Source of the DNA: a virus
Lineage: Duplodnaviria > Caudoviricetes
Reading direction: 5' to 3' (one strand)
Length of the DNA: 64,000 nt
Virus record (IMG/VR): IMGVR_UViG_3300033067_002581
Location: 90,908 to 154,907 of that record
Positions 1 through 9,825 of this stretch are shown one piece after another. Below the pieces are notes generated by a model. That model was not told where the DNA came from and ran no database searches. It was given only the letters and a program-made list of their open reading frames with translations. Position numbers and translations under genes: made by a program. Each line of letters begins with the position of its first letter. Positions within the stretch are counted from its first letter, which is position 1.

Positions 1-1323
1 GCCGTTGGCCTGCGTCACGAGGTCGTTCAGGATCTCTCTGTCGATCTCAAGCGCGACCTGCTGTGACAGGATCGATGTCAGCTCGACTTCAGCGTCCATC
101 GAGTGATAGGCGTTGAGGTCCTGAGCCAGCTCCGGTGACCAGCGAGCGCGAAGCTTGCGAGTCGTTGCAGTGATCGGGATAGACTCGATCTTGATGTCGA
201 TCTCAGGGATCGCTGGTGATGGCGACGTGCCAAAGTCGGACTCAAACGACGGGATCGTCAGGGTCGAACCGACAGAGTCACCGGCCTGCAGCGAGTCGGC
301 GATCGCCATGCTGAACCATGATGCCGCTGTGGCGACAGCCGGGACAGCTGAACCAGTCGACAGCTTCACGACGAACTGCACGTGAGAGCCATTGAGGGGG
401 TTCGGCGTGAACGTCGAACCGTTCCAATCACCGCGCTTGTTCAGGCGGCGGAGGTTGAGGATGCCCTTGCCAGACTGATACGCCTCGCCCCAATCACTCG
501 CGCCGTTATTCGTCGCGAACTTCGTGATCGCGATCTGCTCAGGAGACAGGAAGTCGCCGCGCTGGATCAGCGTCTGCATCGCGCTCACTGACATGTGAGC
601 GAAGCAGAAATTCAGCAGGCCTGCGGCCACGTCATTCGTCAACTGGGAGTCAAACGAGATGAAGCGAGCGTTTGAGCCAGTGATGTCAGACTCAGCTCGC
701 ACAGCGCCGCCGACAGTCCACGCATCACCTGTGCCAGTGAAGGCGCCGATATCGAGGCCAGAGCCTGAGAGGCTGTGAGAGCCTGTGTGAACGCGAGTGT
801 AACCGACGTTCACGAGGTCATACATGCCACCTGCGGCAAGAGAGCCGCTCTGCACGCCGCGACCGGCTGGGTTGTTAAAGAGCGACTGACCCGCCTGATA
901 CGTCTCAGCGGTGGAGTTTGGATCGAGGTTCAGACCCGCCTCGCCACCGACGTTTGAACCGTAGGTGTAGTCGAGATAGAAAATCAGGCCCGCCGGCAGC
1001 GACATAGGTTGGATCGAGACGATCTCATTTGCGACGAGAGCGCCGAAGACCCTACGCACCATGGGAAACGCGATGTTCGAGAAACCGTTGATGTTTCCCG
1101 TGCTCGTTCCACTTGCTCCACCGGTGCTGATGCCGTTAGCACCCTCACGAAGGATCTGTGCGGCCTGGTTCTCGAGCAGCTGCGCCATGTTCTCGCGCTG
1201 CGTCTCGTCAAGGCCTTTCAGGAGGCCGGTCCGCGACCACTTCTCAGTCAGGCGGCGCCTCTCCTGCCCGACGTGTTTCTCTCTGATGCCAGAGAGTAGC
1301 TGGTTTACTGTGACAGTTGACAT
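1..1323 (-). CDS. gp23: Major capsid protein, T4 gp23-like (3' end runs off the window)
   Basis: Not in the ORF track; translated by hand from ATG at 1323: MSTVTVNQLLSGIREKHVGQERRRLTEKWSRTGLLKGL...LLENQ...AFPMVRRVFGALVANEIVSIQPMSLPAGLIFYLDYTY...IPEIDIKIESIPITATTRKLRARWSPELAQDLNAYHSMDAEVELTSILSQQVALEIDREIL. These are hallmark gp23 motifs; frame open to base 1. Confidence 0.97.
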   Translation of the reverse strand, partial: MSTVTVNQLLSGIREKHVGQERRRLTEKWSRTGLLKGLDETQRENMAQLLENQAAQILREGANGISTGGASGTSTGNINGFSNIAFPMVRRVFGALVANEIVSIQPMSLPAGLIFYLDYTYGSNVGGEAGLNLDPNSTAETYQAGQSLFNNPAGRGVQSGSLAAGGMYDLVNVGYTRVHTGSHSLSGSGLDIGAFTGTGDAWTVGGAVRAESDITGSNARFISFDSQLTNDVAAGLLNFCFAHMSVSAMQTLIQRGDFLSPEQIAITKFATNNGASDWGEAYQSGKGILNLRRLNKRGDWNGSTFTPNPLNGSHVQFVVKLSTGSAVPAVATAASWFSMAIADSLQAGDSVGSTLTIPSFESDFGTSPSPAIPEIDIKIESIPITATTRKLRARWSPELAQDLNAYHSMDAEVELTSILSQQVALEIDREILNDLVTQANG

Positions 1324-1345
1324 AATGTGTTGTGTATCCTAACCG

Positions 1346-2866
1346 TTAGCGAGCGAGACCAGCGAGAACGCTCCATCGCGCTGCGCTGACGCCCTCATTG
1401 ATCGTTGTTGACGAGCCAGAACCCACGGTCCGCGATGATGCACTCATGCGGCGAGCTCCACGATTCTCGTTTAGCTTCTGCGAACCATTCAGCAAGTCAA
1501 TGACGCTCTCAAAGATCATCTTGACTTCCCTGACGGTCCCTGCCTTTGACAGGCGCTCCATGACCTGGCGCTTCTGCGCCGCGGAGATGTCGTTCCTGAG
1601 AAGCAGTTTGTTCGCATATGCGAGCTGAGCATTTGTCACGTTGGCTTTTGCCAACTCACTCGACTCATTAACTCGAGCCGACTGTGTCACAGCGCCTCGC
1701 GCTGGAATCCTGCGGCCTGGTGCCGCGCTGTTACGAGTGAGGGTCGCGATTCTCGCCTTACACTCGCGGTATGTCTTTAGCTTGCCCTCTCTGAGAGCTC
1801 TCGTCTTCAGGGCGCGCAGCCTCGAGATACTTCTCTCGGTCACGATATCAACGTCAAGCGGATCACCCTCAGCGCGACCATCACCAAAAGCGTCTAGGTG
1901 ACCTGCGCCATGACCCCTGTTATCTGGGCGAGCCTCTGCTTCTCTGACGCTCCTCAGGCGAGCGATCTCAGCCTTGATCTCGGCCTCATCGATCTCGATG
2001 ACGTCATCATCACGCAGCGGCTCTTCAGCCTCGTGCTTGTTGTCATCGTCATCGTCATCGCCGCCATCATCATCATCACCACCGAAATCGAGCTCGTCAC
2101 CCGAATCGGAATCATCCTGATTCGAGTCATCGCCGCCCTCATCATCGTTGGTGTCAGACGATTGCTCGCCGCCATCCTCACCATCTGACTCGATCTCGAC
2201 TCCGACGTCCTGCAGATCGATGTCCTCTGGCATACCAGTAAGCTTCAGGCTGATATCGTTCTCTCTGATTCTCTTCATCCCAATCTCTCCAACAGCTAGC
2301 TGTGCTAGGCTGCGCTCCAAGGCTTCACTTAGCCGTCTTGTCGCACTATCGTCAGCGCCGCCAGCGTTGATCTGCGTGTACATATCTGTCATGTGAGCTT
2401 TTAGCTCCTGCAGGCGCTCTGCGTATGCTGGTGATCTTTTTGAGATCCTTGCGCCAAGCATCATCTTCGCCTCAGCGACAGCGCTTGTCACATCATCCTC
2501 CATAGACGCATCATCAACACCATCAAGGATCTCTCCGCTGGAATCGATGACATCGGCAGATGGGATCGACGGTGACGGCGGTGTTGGGATCGTCGGGATG
2601 ACAGGTTGCGGTGTAGGTTCTGGTCTTGCGACCTGCGCGTCAGCCGTGACAGCGGGTGTGACATTTAGTGTGACGTTTCCGGACGCGTCTGGCTCTGTCA
2701 TCTGAACGTCAACGTCGAGGTCATCATCACCCGCTCCTATGACCTCGCTCTCAATGAGACGACGGATGCGTGGTAGAGTCGCGGCGAGCAGCTTCTCTGT
2801 GGCTCGCTCCTCAGCGACCTCAACGTATTTTCGCGCGTCAGTCAGCGCCTGCTCATAGACAGTCAT
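1346..2866 (-). CDS. Prohead core/scaffold protein (gp22-like), acidic and low complexity
   Basis: Directly upstream of the capsid gene; D/E/G-rich tracts, predicted coiled coils, many (L/I/V)xE motifs like T4 gp21 cleavage sites. Confidence 0.7.
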   Translation of the reverse strand: MTVYEQALTDARKYVEVAEERATEKLLAATLPRIRRLIESEVIGAGDDDLDVDVQMTEPDASGNVTLNVTPAVTADAQVARPEPTPQPVIPTIPTPPSPSIPSADVIDSSGEILDGVDDASMEDDVTSAVAEAKMMLGARISKRSPAYAERLQELKAHMTDMYTQINAGGADDSATRRLSEALERSLAQLAVGEIGMKRIRENDISLKLTGMPEDIDLQDVGVEIESDGEDGGEQSSDTNDDEGGDDSNQDDSDSGDELDFGGDDDDGGDDDDDDNKHEAEEPLRDDDVIEIDEAEIKAEIARLRSVREAEARPDNRGHGAGHLDAFGDGRAEGDPLDVDIVTERSISRLRALKTRALREGKLKTYRECKARIATLTRNSAAPGRRIPARGAVTQSARVNESSELAKANVTNAQLAYANKLLLRNDISAAQKRQVMERLSKAGTVREVKMIFESVIDLLNGSQKLNENRGARRMSASSRTVGSGSSTTINEGVSAARWSVLAGLAR

Positions 2867-3375
2867 GTGATGTTATGCTTCCCCAGCTGCAGAGTCTCTC
2901 TCGCGGCATCAAGCCTCAGCGCTCCGATCTCAGGACCCGCCTGAGCAGGGCTGATAGTGCCGTTAGTTCCGATCACAACGTTTGGTCTGACATCTGCTGG
3001 TGTCACACCCGGATCGGCTGCTTTCAATGGATCGTTATTTATCGCGACGTTCTCACCGATAGCACCGGGATCTGCGCCGGGTGAGACCACGTTAGGCGTG
3101 AACGGTGTCATCGGCAGACCTTTAAACGGCTGCGTCGCGCTCGTCACCGCGTCAACAACAGCAGGCGACGCACTAAAATCTAGCGCGACGCGTGGAGACA
3201 GAAGTGGATCTCCAAACTGGACTCGCGGGATCAGCTTCTCGTTTGCTATCGAGACAAGCTTCTCATGAGTCAAGCTTCCATCATTCTGTGGATCAAAAGG
3301 AAAGACCTTCGCAAGCAAGACGTTCTTTTTACGTAGCTTGCTGACGACGGTCCCGTATTTTCCTGTTCCTGGCAT
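2863..3375 (-). CDS. Hypothetical Pro-rich head-cluster protein
   Basis: 170 aa ORF, 4-bp overlap with scaffold gene, co-oriented. Confidence 0.6.
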   Translation of the reverse strand: MPGTGKYGTVVSKLRKKNVLLAKVFPFDPQNDGSLTHEKLVSIANEKLIPRVQFGDPLLSPRVALDFSASPAVVDAVTSATQPFKGLPMTPFTPNVVSPGADPGAIGENVAINNDPLKAADPGVTPADVRPNVVIGTNGTISPAQAGPEIGALRLDAARETLQLGKHNIT

Positions 3376-3411
3376 CTGTTATTTCTGCTATCTGTCAGAT
3401 ACGTATCATGA

Positions 3412-3837
3412 CTACGCGTCTGGTTTTGGAACAACTGACGATCTCGTCGGCAGCGGCGCGCTGAAGGCTAACTTTTCTAACAGATCACCAGCCTGCTCAA
3501 CCACTTGTGGAAGAGCATCACGACGCCTCTCTGCGTGCTCTTGAGCCTGCAGCGTGGTTCGCTGCGTGTCTTGCAGGACGTCCTCAAAGATGTTTGTCGC
3601 AGCCTTCCTTTTAAACGAGATCGTATCAGCGGGCCTTCGCTCGGGACGAGCTTGTGATTCTGTCACGATCGGTCTCTGCTGCGTCGTCGCAGCATTTGCG
3701 ACTCGCGCCTCAGCTATCAGGCTGACAGCCAGCGACCTCATCTTCCTAGAGACGGCTTCATCTATTCGCCGATCTAGCTCCTCAGAGACAAGATCCGCGA
3801 CGATCTCACGAAGATCATCCATGTTTAACTTCATCAC
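3412..3837 (-). CDS. Hypothetical protein, possible internal head protein
   Basis: LREIVADLVSEE / LIAEA / IVTES motifs; located in head cluster. Confidence 0.55.
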   Translation of the reverse strand: MMKLNMDDLREIVADLVSEELDRRIDEAVSRKMRSLAVSLIAEARVANAATTQQRPIVTESQARPERRPADTISFKRKAATNIFEDVLQDTQRTTLQAQEHAERRRDALPQVVEQAGDLLEKLAFSAPLPTRSSVVPKPDA

Positions 3838-4217
3838 ACACCCTCGAGGGTCCCAGCGGACCCGCTGTATTTCGGATACTCTTTTGCCTTGATCAACGTG
3901 AGGCCGATCAGCAGCTCATATGACGCCGTTCCACCGAGCGCCCCGACGACGACAGTTTTGGTGCGAACTGACATGTCTATCGAGCTTCCTGGCGCGACGC
4001 TGACGCGGTGCGTACCGGCGACGCCTGCAGGCGTAAAACCCACGAGCAACGCTCCAGCAGAGCTAGAGAGGCACCTAGCGTGGATGCTAGAGCACACGTT
4101 TGGAAGCTCGTGTTCTTTCGTCGCAGCGGGCGCGATCGTGGATGATGTCACCCACGGCACACCTGGCACGAGATATTCGACTAGCGAGTTCGGTCCTGGT
4201 TTTACGTTATCAAGCAT
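3834..4217 (-). CDS. Hypothetical beta-rich virion protein
   Basis: 127 aa ORF with GGAG upstream, overlaps next gene by 4 bp. Confidence 0.55.
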   Translation of the reverse strand: MLDNVKPGPNSLVEYLVPGVPWVTSSTIAPAATKEHELPNVCSSIHARCLSSSAGALLVGFTPAGVAGTHRVSVAPGSSIDMSVRTKTVVVGALGGTASYELLIGLTLIKAKEYPKYSGSAGTLEGV

Positions 4218-4257
4218 TATATCTCCGCGCGAGCGCGATCCGATCTAAACGTGTTGA

Positions 4258-4854
4258 TCAGCGCAGCGCAAGCGCCTGCGACGCCAGTCTAGCGATCCTG
4301 TCAGAGCGAGAGAACGCTCTCTTAACCTCAGCGACACTGAGCCTTTTACCCTCTGGCAACATGAAAGCGCCTGGCGTAGAAGGCTCTGAGACGTAGTCCC
4401 AGCATATCAGCTGGAAGTCGTCCTGAACGACGTGCCTGTCACCATCTTTTTTCGTCGACCCGACGCCCCTTGACGAGATGCCGATCTTCACTCCAGCCTC
4501 AACGAGGCTGCGAAGGATCTTCCCGCTCGGTGTGTCAAGTATCTCAACCTTACCTCGAACGACGTTTCCATCGAGCTCGGCCTCTAGGATGAGGTGAGAC
4601 ACGTTCTTTAGGTTTACGACGCTGTCATCAGGGTGATCTAGCTCGCCCATCGCGCGTCGCTCGATGATAAACTTTTGATAGTTCCTCACCTCGCGTTCAA
4701 GTATCGCAAGAGGATACACGCGGCCGTTCTGATTTAGCGTCTCAGCCTTCTGTAGGATGCCGCTCATGATGAGGCGGCCCCCGTTTTTAGACGCTGATTC
4801 GCGCACTAACGCGGGATCATATACGAAATCATCATATGTCGTTAAAAGATTCAT
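4258..4854 (-). CDS. gp21: Prohead core protein protease, T4 gp21-like
   Basis: NQNGRVYP, GELDHP (His), VSH, GISSRGVGS (Ser), WDYVSEPSTPGA motifs. Confidence 0.96.
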   Translation of the reverse strand: MNLLTTYDDFVYDPALVRESASKNGGRLIMSGILQKAETLNQNGRVYPLAILEREVRNYQKFIIERRAMGELDHPDDSVVNLKNVSHLILEAELDGNVVRGKVEILDTPSGKILRSLVEAGVKIGISSRGVGSTKKDGDRHVVQDDFQLICWDYVSEPSTPGAFMLPEGKRLSVAEVKRAFSRSDRIARLASQALALR

Positions 4855-5141
4855 GTGAGCTCTAGATCGATCAAGTAATCGATGTAATGCGTAACTTCCG
4901 GATCATCAAGAGAGTCATCATCAGGTATCGCGTCCCAGATGCTAGAGGCCGCAAGAGCATACGCTTGATCACTATCAAGTGAACGAAGATCTTTTCGCAG
5001 CTGTTTCTTTGCTGCCTTGACGGCTCCTACACTCTCAGCTCGCGCAAAGAGTCGCTCAGCTGCGTCTTGTGGCGACTCTTGTGACACGTCCTCTATCGTC
5101 TCTTTTATAAGACGCTTGAACTGTCTGACGGTGATTCTCAT
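4851..5141 (-). CDS. Small hypothetical protein (MRITVRQFKRLIKE-type N-terminus), possible internal head protein
   Basis: 96 aa ORF coupled to both neighbours. Confidence 0.55.
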   Translation of the reverse strand: MRITVRQFKRLIKETIEDVSQESPQDAAERLFARAESVGAVKAAKKQLRKDLRSLDSDQAYALAASSIWDAIPDDDSLDDPEVTHYIDYLIDLELT

Positions 5142-5947
5142 TAATCCCTCTGCGCAAACTCTCGCTCAACGTCAGCGCTTGCCATCATCTGAGCGATAAA
5201 CTTATCATCCAAGACGCTGTCTGATTTCGCAGCGCTTGTCAGTTTTTCTGCGAGCTCTCTCAGCGTCTGCTTCGTCTCAGGCGTCAGGTCCGCCAACGCC
5301 GTCGCCATCACGTTCATGCGTTCCGCGAGGCGCTGGGCTTTGTTAACAAGAGCGACCTTGTTACCCCTGACGGCATCAGCGATGATCTCTTTGTGATCGT
5401 CGCGTAGCCTGTCACCATACGCCTCAGCCATACGAAGCGTCATCATCTTATTCAAGATCTCTGTTGATGCTGAGCCTTGTGTCTGCTGCTCCTGACGCCC
5501 AGCCGGAGCCATCATCTTTTTGATGAGATCACTCTCTAGTGAGGCGATCTTCTCAGGGCTAGAGCCCTTACGCCACGCGGCTATGAGCCGCCCGGCGAGG
5601 ACGTGCTTTGAGAACTCAGAGTGCTCAAGCATGATCTTATCATCACCAAGCGCGGCGCCTATGATCTTTGTGGCCTTGTCTGTCTCCTCTAACACCTGCT
5701 TCATGTCAGCCTTTGACGCTGACTCTCGCACAGATCGTAGCAGCTCGACCGCGGCGTGTTCCGTGAGATTCGCAGACTTTGTCAGCGATAGGTGCAGACG
5801 TAGCTCAGCGTTCAGAGCCTTGCTAGGCGCAAAGAATCGCTTAGACAGACGAAGCATAGACGCTGCTGTCTTCTCTTTGTTTGAGACTATGAGACTCGCC
5901 ACCCTCGTGACAAGCGTCTCATGAAGTATTCCGACGTTATTGATCAT
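5141..5947 (-). CDS. Hypothetical helical protein between portal and protease
   Basis: 268 aa ORF in the slot used by prohead core genes in T4-like phages. Confidence 0.6.
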   Translation of the reverse strand: MINNVGILHETLVTRVASLIVSNKEKTAASMLRLSKRFFAPSKALNAELRLHLSLTKSANLTEHAAVELLRSVRESASKADMKQVLEETDKATKIIGAALGDDKIMLEHSEFSKHVLAGRLIAAWRKGSSPEKIASLESDLIKKMMAPAGRQEQQTQGSASTEILNKMMTLRMAEAYGDRLRDDHKEIIADAVRGNKVALVNKAQRLAERMNVMATALADLTPETKQTLRELAEKLTSAAKSDSVLDDKFIAQMMASADVEREFAQRD

Positions 5948-5960
5948 CTTCGTGTGCTGT

Positions 5961-5966
5961 TAACTA
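5961..5966 (-). promoter_or_regulatory. Candidate late promoter TAnTTA (TAGTTA)
   Basis: Intergenic, 14 bp upstream of start 5947; same hexamer pattern at other intergenic sites. Confidence 0.35.
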
Positions 5967-6019
5967 TCACGCGTGTCGCGGACAAGAGGCGTGTTTGAGT
6001 GACTCGACGAGACTCATAC

Positions 6020-7918
6020 TCACAGGACGCCAGGCGCCTTTGGGATCCGTTGCAAAACCTTCATCATGTCTGGCGTGAGAGGAGAGCGCCTGAAAACGTG
6101 TTCCTCAGCCAGAGTGCTCTTGCCAGCGGTCTTTAGCCAGTGCGAATCAAACGGATCATCATCGACTGAACGGCTGATCATGTCTGACGCATTTGGCATC
6201 GCGAGCGCGGCTGCGCCTGACCTCCTTTTTCTGGAGCTCCTGCGTTTTGCTAGCGCCAGTTGCGCGGGATCATCACCGGATGTCAGAAGCGCGACATCGT
6301 CCTTGTTAAGATCATCGTCGACATCATCACTCGCGTTCACGTCGGCCTCGGGAGGCTCAGCGCCAGGCTCCGGCTCAGAGGCTCCTCCTGCCGCTAGATC
6401 TAATGGACTCTCAGAATCACCCTCGCCACCGCCAGGCGGTTCAGCCGAGCCGCCGAATAGGCTTCCACCACCCCCACCACCGCCTCCAGAGTCACCCTCG
6501 GGCGCCTCACCAGCAGTCTCTATCGCGGCGTCTATCTTACGATCTTGTAAGCGTTCATCGTCGATCTTCGCGATATGTTCATCAGTGAAGTTCAGGACCT
6601 CCTTGCGGATCCACGACCTGTTCACTATGCCCTCTGGGAATGATCCCGCGATCTCGACTCTAGCTCTGAGCAGCTCAAGCTTCTGCTGCTGAGCGACAGT
6701 CGAAGGATTTGAAAGTTTGATAGAGAAGTCCTGTAGCTCCTCCTCTGGAAATCCGAGGCAGAAGAGGTGCATGATCGCGATGCGTTGCAGCTCAGCGAGC
6801 ACCGTCTTCTGTATGACAGACGTCGTGCGAGAGAATCGTATGTCCTCCTGCGCGAGAGTGGCCTTAGAGGAGAGCGCCTCATCATAACCGAGGTACGCCT
6901 TCGGGATCTTGATCGCAGCAAAAAGTTTTTTCTGGATATACTGGACGTCCTCGACGGCGGCGGCGTTCTGACCTCCCTGAAGCGTATCGATCTTCGTGCC
7001 AGACTCGGTCCCGCGAACCGCGATCCAGTAGTCCTCCTCGATGCTAACTGGGTTGTAGCGGAGGTCGGCTCTGCCAGTCTGCCTATCAACGACAGGCGCG
7101 CTGCGAACGTTCCTTTTCGCCTCTTCGACGACGAGTGGCACGTCTTCCGGGGGCGTGTTGCCTACATCAACATAGAAAACTCGACGCTCAGGCGCTCTGA
7201 CGATGCGATACGTCAGCATCGCGTCCTCGATCAGGATCAGCTGGCGCCAGATTCGCCTCGCTGATTCAACGACTGACATCCCATATGGGAGAAACTGATC
7301 GTTTCCAAGCAGACGCATGTGAGTGACCTGCCAGCAGTCAAGGGCGCGATTGCCCAGCGTCACCCACTTGAACCTGTATAAGGTAGGGTCCTGCGGATCA
7401 TATCCCTCCTCACGCTCTATCTCGTTCACCGGGAGCGGCACGACGCGTATCACACCATGCTCTGGGTTTATCTCATTCAGGAGGAAGAAGTCACCGTACT
7501 TGCACAGGTTTCGTACCCACCCACGCAGGTTGAACTCGACATTCATCACATTATAGAACAAGTCCTCTAGCGCTGTCTTGATCGCCTCGTTAGGCGAGAA
7601 GACGTGAAACACCTGTTCCTTTTCATCACACGCGACCGCCTCGTCAGCGTATATGTCAAGAGCTGATGCTAGCTCTGGTGTGTATTCCATCTCCTGGAAG
7701 TCCTGGTAACGCATCAGCCTCTCCGTCAGGTTGTATGCGTTACCAGTCATGTTAGCGAAAGATGGGCTCTGCGATTTTTGCACGATTGACAGCGCGCCTT
7801 GCCTCACAGCAGCGACGCTCGTATCAAACGATTTCGCCGTCTTCCCTTTCAGCTTTGATCGCGGTCCGCTGATAAAAAGGCGAGACAGCTTTTTGAAGAA
7901 GCCCTTTGGTACTGACAT
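6020..7918 (-). CDS. gp20: Portal vertex protein, T4 gp20-like, with long acidic/Gly-rich C-terminal tail
   Basis: ARRIWRQLILIEDAMLTYRIVRAPERRVFYVDVGN, EDYWI, TKIDTLQGG, DVQYIQKKLFAAIKIP, EDIRF motifs. Confidence 0.96.
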   Translation of the reverse strand: MSVPKGFFKKLSRLFISGPRSKLKGKTAKSFDTSVAAVRQGALSIVQKSQSPSFANMTGNAYNLTERLMRYQDFQEMEYTPELASALDIYADEAVACDEKEQVFHVFSPNEAIKTALEDLFYNVMNVEFNLRGWVRNLCKYGDFFLLNEINPEHGVIRVVPLPVNEIEREEGYDPQDPTLYRFKWVTLGNRALDCWQVTHMRLLGNDQFLPYGMSVVESARRIWRQLILIEDAMLTYRIVRAPERRVFYVDVGNTPPEDVPLVVEEAKRNVRSAPVVDRQTGRADLRYNPVSIEEDYWIAVRGTESGTKIDTLQGGQNAAAVEDVQYIQKKLFAAIKIPKAYLGYDEALSSKATLAQEDIRFSRTTSVIQKTVLAELQRIAIMHLFCLGFPEEELQDFSIKLSNPSTVAQQQKLELLRARVEIAGSFPEGIVNRSWIRKEVLNFTDEHIAKIDDERLQDRKIDAAIETAGEAPEGDSGGGGGGGGSLFGGSAEPPGGGEGDSESPLDLAAGGASEPEPGAEPPEADVNASDDVDDDLNKDDVALLTSGDDPAQLALAKRRSSRKRRSGAAALAMPNASDMISRSVDDDPFDSHWLKTAGKSTLAEEHVFRRSPLTPDMMKVLQRIPKAPGVL

Positions 7919-7937
7919 GTTTTGCTCTTAACGAGAG

Positions 7938-8243
7938 TTAGCTCTTATCGACTACGGGAGCGAGCCTGACAGTCTTCTTAACTCGAGCGACGTATGACGC
8001 TGGGTTTGTGACCATGTCATCTAACGTCTGCAGCGCTCCAGCAAGCTGCGTAGACAGCGACCCGACGGCTGTCTCTGGTGCGTCAGCCTGAAACTTCTTG
8101 ATCGCGCTAGCGAGCTTTGACGCTGAGCTGACAACGGCGCTGATCTGCTCGTGATCGACGCTTTCTCTAAGAGCGGAGTTCGTGATCTCTCTTTTCACGA
8201 TTGACGCTAGTTCACTGAGAGGTATGATTCTGTTCTTGTTCAT
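7938..8243 (-). CDS. Hypothetical protein
   Basis: 101 aa ORF between terminase and portal. Confidence 0.55.
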   Translation of the reverse strand: MNKNRIIPLSELASIVKREITNSALRESVDHEQISAVVSSASKLASAIKKFQADAPETAVGSLSTQLAGALQTLDDMVTNPASYVARVKKTVRLAPVVDKS

Positions 8244-8259
8244 CGGTGTTCACCAGTCA

Positions 8260-9825
8260 TCACAGCAGCCATGAGTTCTGCTGCATAAACGATCTTGACA
8301 TCATTGAATTCGGTCTCATCGTCATCGGTACGCCGATGACTGTTGATGGAGTCTTCTGCATCGTCATCGACCGTATCAGCGCAGCTGCCAGGCCAGATGA
8401 CTTTCCTGACGCCGTGCCAAACAGCAGATCAACGACCCACGCCGCGATCGCTAGACTCATGACAAGATCGTCATTCGTTCCGCGCGTCGACTCCGCCCTG
8501 TTACCATTCCACACAAACGTCAGAAACTCTTTATAAAGCCTGTCTGAGAATGTTTTCAGAGCGTCGTTTCGAATGAGCTCCTCTAGCTTCGCCAGCATCT
8601 TGTCTCTCGTGCGAGACGAAGTTATGAACCCAGGCGCCTCGTTCGAGCGAAACGGTTTGTAGTCAAACGCGTTAGATCCAGCTGACTCATAGAACATTCG
8701 TGGATAATCAATGTCTATCAGCTTAGAGCAGACCATGTAACCGATGTTGTTGTTCTCGATCGCTATCAACGCGTTGTTATACTCACGACCGACCCTGTCC
8801 AGGAGCTGAGCGCATTTATCAGGCTTACACTTTCCCTTGAACTCAGCGACGGCCGTGAAGTCAGCGACTGACAACACGTGAAACGCTGAATAATCATTCG
8901 CGTCACCCCTGGCGACGTCGCAACCGATGACATACTTCTTGTTCGGAACTGGTTTCTCCCAATACAAGAGCGCCTGCTCACGTAAATCCCTGGCGATCGG
9001 AGTGACGATCTGCTTCTTCAGCTTCTCAATCACCTCAGCCTGAAGGAACGTATCGCCAGATGACAAAAAGTCACACTCAAGCTCCTGCGCGATGTCTCGT
9101 CTTGACATGCCGCGCGTCTCTTTGTCAAACCACGCTTGGTCCTGCTCAGGGTGAACCTGCCAAGGCAGCTTGATTGTGTGAAAATCGTTCTGCTTCGCCT
9201 CGGCTAGCGTCCATAGCTTGTGATACTGACCACCAGCGCCGTTTGGCGTTGAGAGGACTATCGCGCGACCACCTCTGCTGATCGTGGGATAGAGACCAGT
9301 CCAGATCTCCTCAAAGTTTTTGATGAACGCCGCTTCATCAACTATCAGTAGAGACAGAGCCTCAGACCTACCAGCGTCCTCTGACGTTGGAATCGCTGTG
9401 ATCGTGCTGCCGTTACTGAACCTGATCTCGCGTTGGTTGTGCTGGTATGTTGGCAGCAGCAACCACTTGGGCAGGTACTTCAGAGCGTATTTCACTTTTT
9501 TTGTGAAATTCTGCGCGGTGCCTAGCTTTGTCGCGATGATCAGAACGTTCTTATTCCTGAAAAAGATCGCGAGCCAGAGCACGTATGCAGCGCATAGCGT
9601 TGATAGCCCAAGCTGCCTTGACTTCAGCACGATATTGAAGCGATGCTTCTCAAAAGTCGAGATACACTCATCCTGAAACGTGAATGTATCAAATCTTAGC
9701 TTGCCGCGAGTGGGGTGCTGTATGAAGACGTATTTCTTGATGAAATATAGCGGATCTTTTCCGCAGCGAACTATCTCTTGCAGGTGATCGCTTCGTATGT
9801 TTGTAGGCTCAGACACATCGATCAC
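8260..9825 (-). CDS. gp17: Terminase large subunit, T4 gp17-like
   Basis: Walker A KSRQLGLST, Walker B LIVDEAAF, motif III STPNG, QELECDF, nuclease GCDVARG..DYSAF and DDLVMSLA. Confidence 0.97.
   Translation of the reverse strand: MIDVSEPTNIRSDHLQEIVRCGKDPLYFIKKYVFIQHPTRGKLRFDTFTFQDECISTFEKHRFNIVLKSRQLGLSTLCAAYVLWLAIFFRNKNVLIIATKLGTAQNFTKKVKYALKYLPKWLLLPTYQHNQREIRFSNGSTITAIPTSEDAGRSEALSLLIVDEAAFIKNFEEIWTGLYPTISRGGRAIVLSTPNGAGGQYHKLWTLAEAKQNDFHTIKLPWQVHPEQDQAWFDKETRGMSRRDIAQELECDFLSSGDTFLQAEVIEKLKKQIVTPIARDLREQALLYWEKPVPNKKYVIGCDVARGDANDYSAFHVLSVADFTAVAEFKGKCKPDKCAQLLDRVGREYNNALIAIENNNIGYMVCSKLIDIDYPRMFYESAGSNAFDYKPFRSNEAPGFITSSRTRDKMLAKLEELIRNDALKTFSDRLYKEFLTFVWNGNRAESTRGTNDDLVMSLAIAAWVVDLLFGTASGKSSGLAAALIRSMTMQKTPSTVIGVPMTMRPNSMMSRSFMQQNSWLL

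Noticed and set aside
155-1342. Short ORFs listed in the track over the first 1.3 kb
   Set aside because: Shadows or alternative frames of the minus-strand gp23 gene, which the track missed because it has no stop inside the window
2040-2150. TCA/TCG trinucleotide-like repeats (also CCA/CCG runs at 6465-6486)
   Set aside because: They encode poly-Asp/Gly tracts of the scaffold and portal; not independent repeat elements
5996-6019. Imperfect hairpin after the portal gene as a terminator
   Set aside because: Weak interrupted stem and no U-tract on the coding strand
8260-9825. Intein or intron in terminase, primase or portal
   Set aside because: Lengths and motif spacing are normal; no splice-junction motifs or embedded homing endonuclease seen
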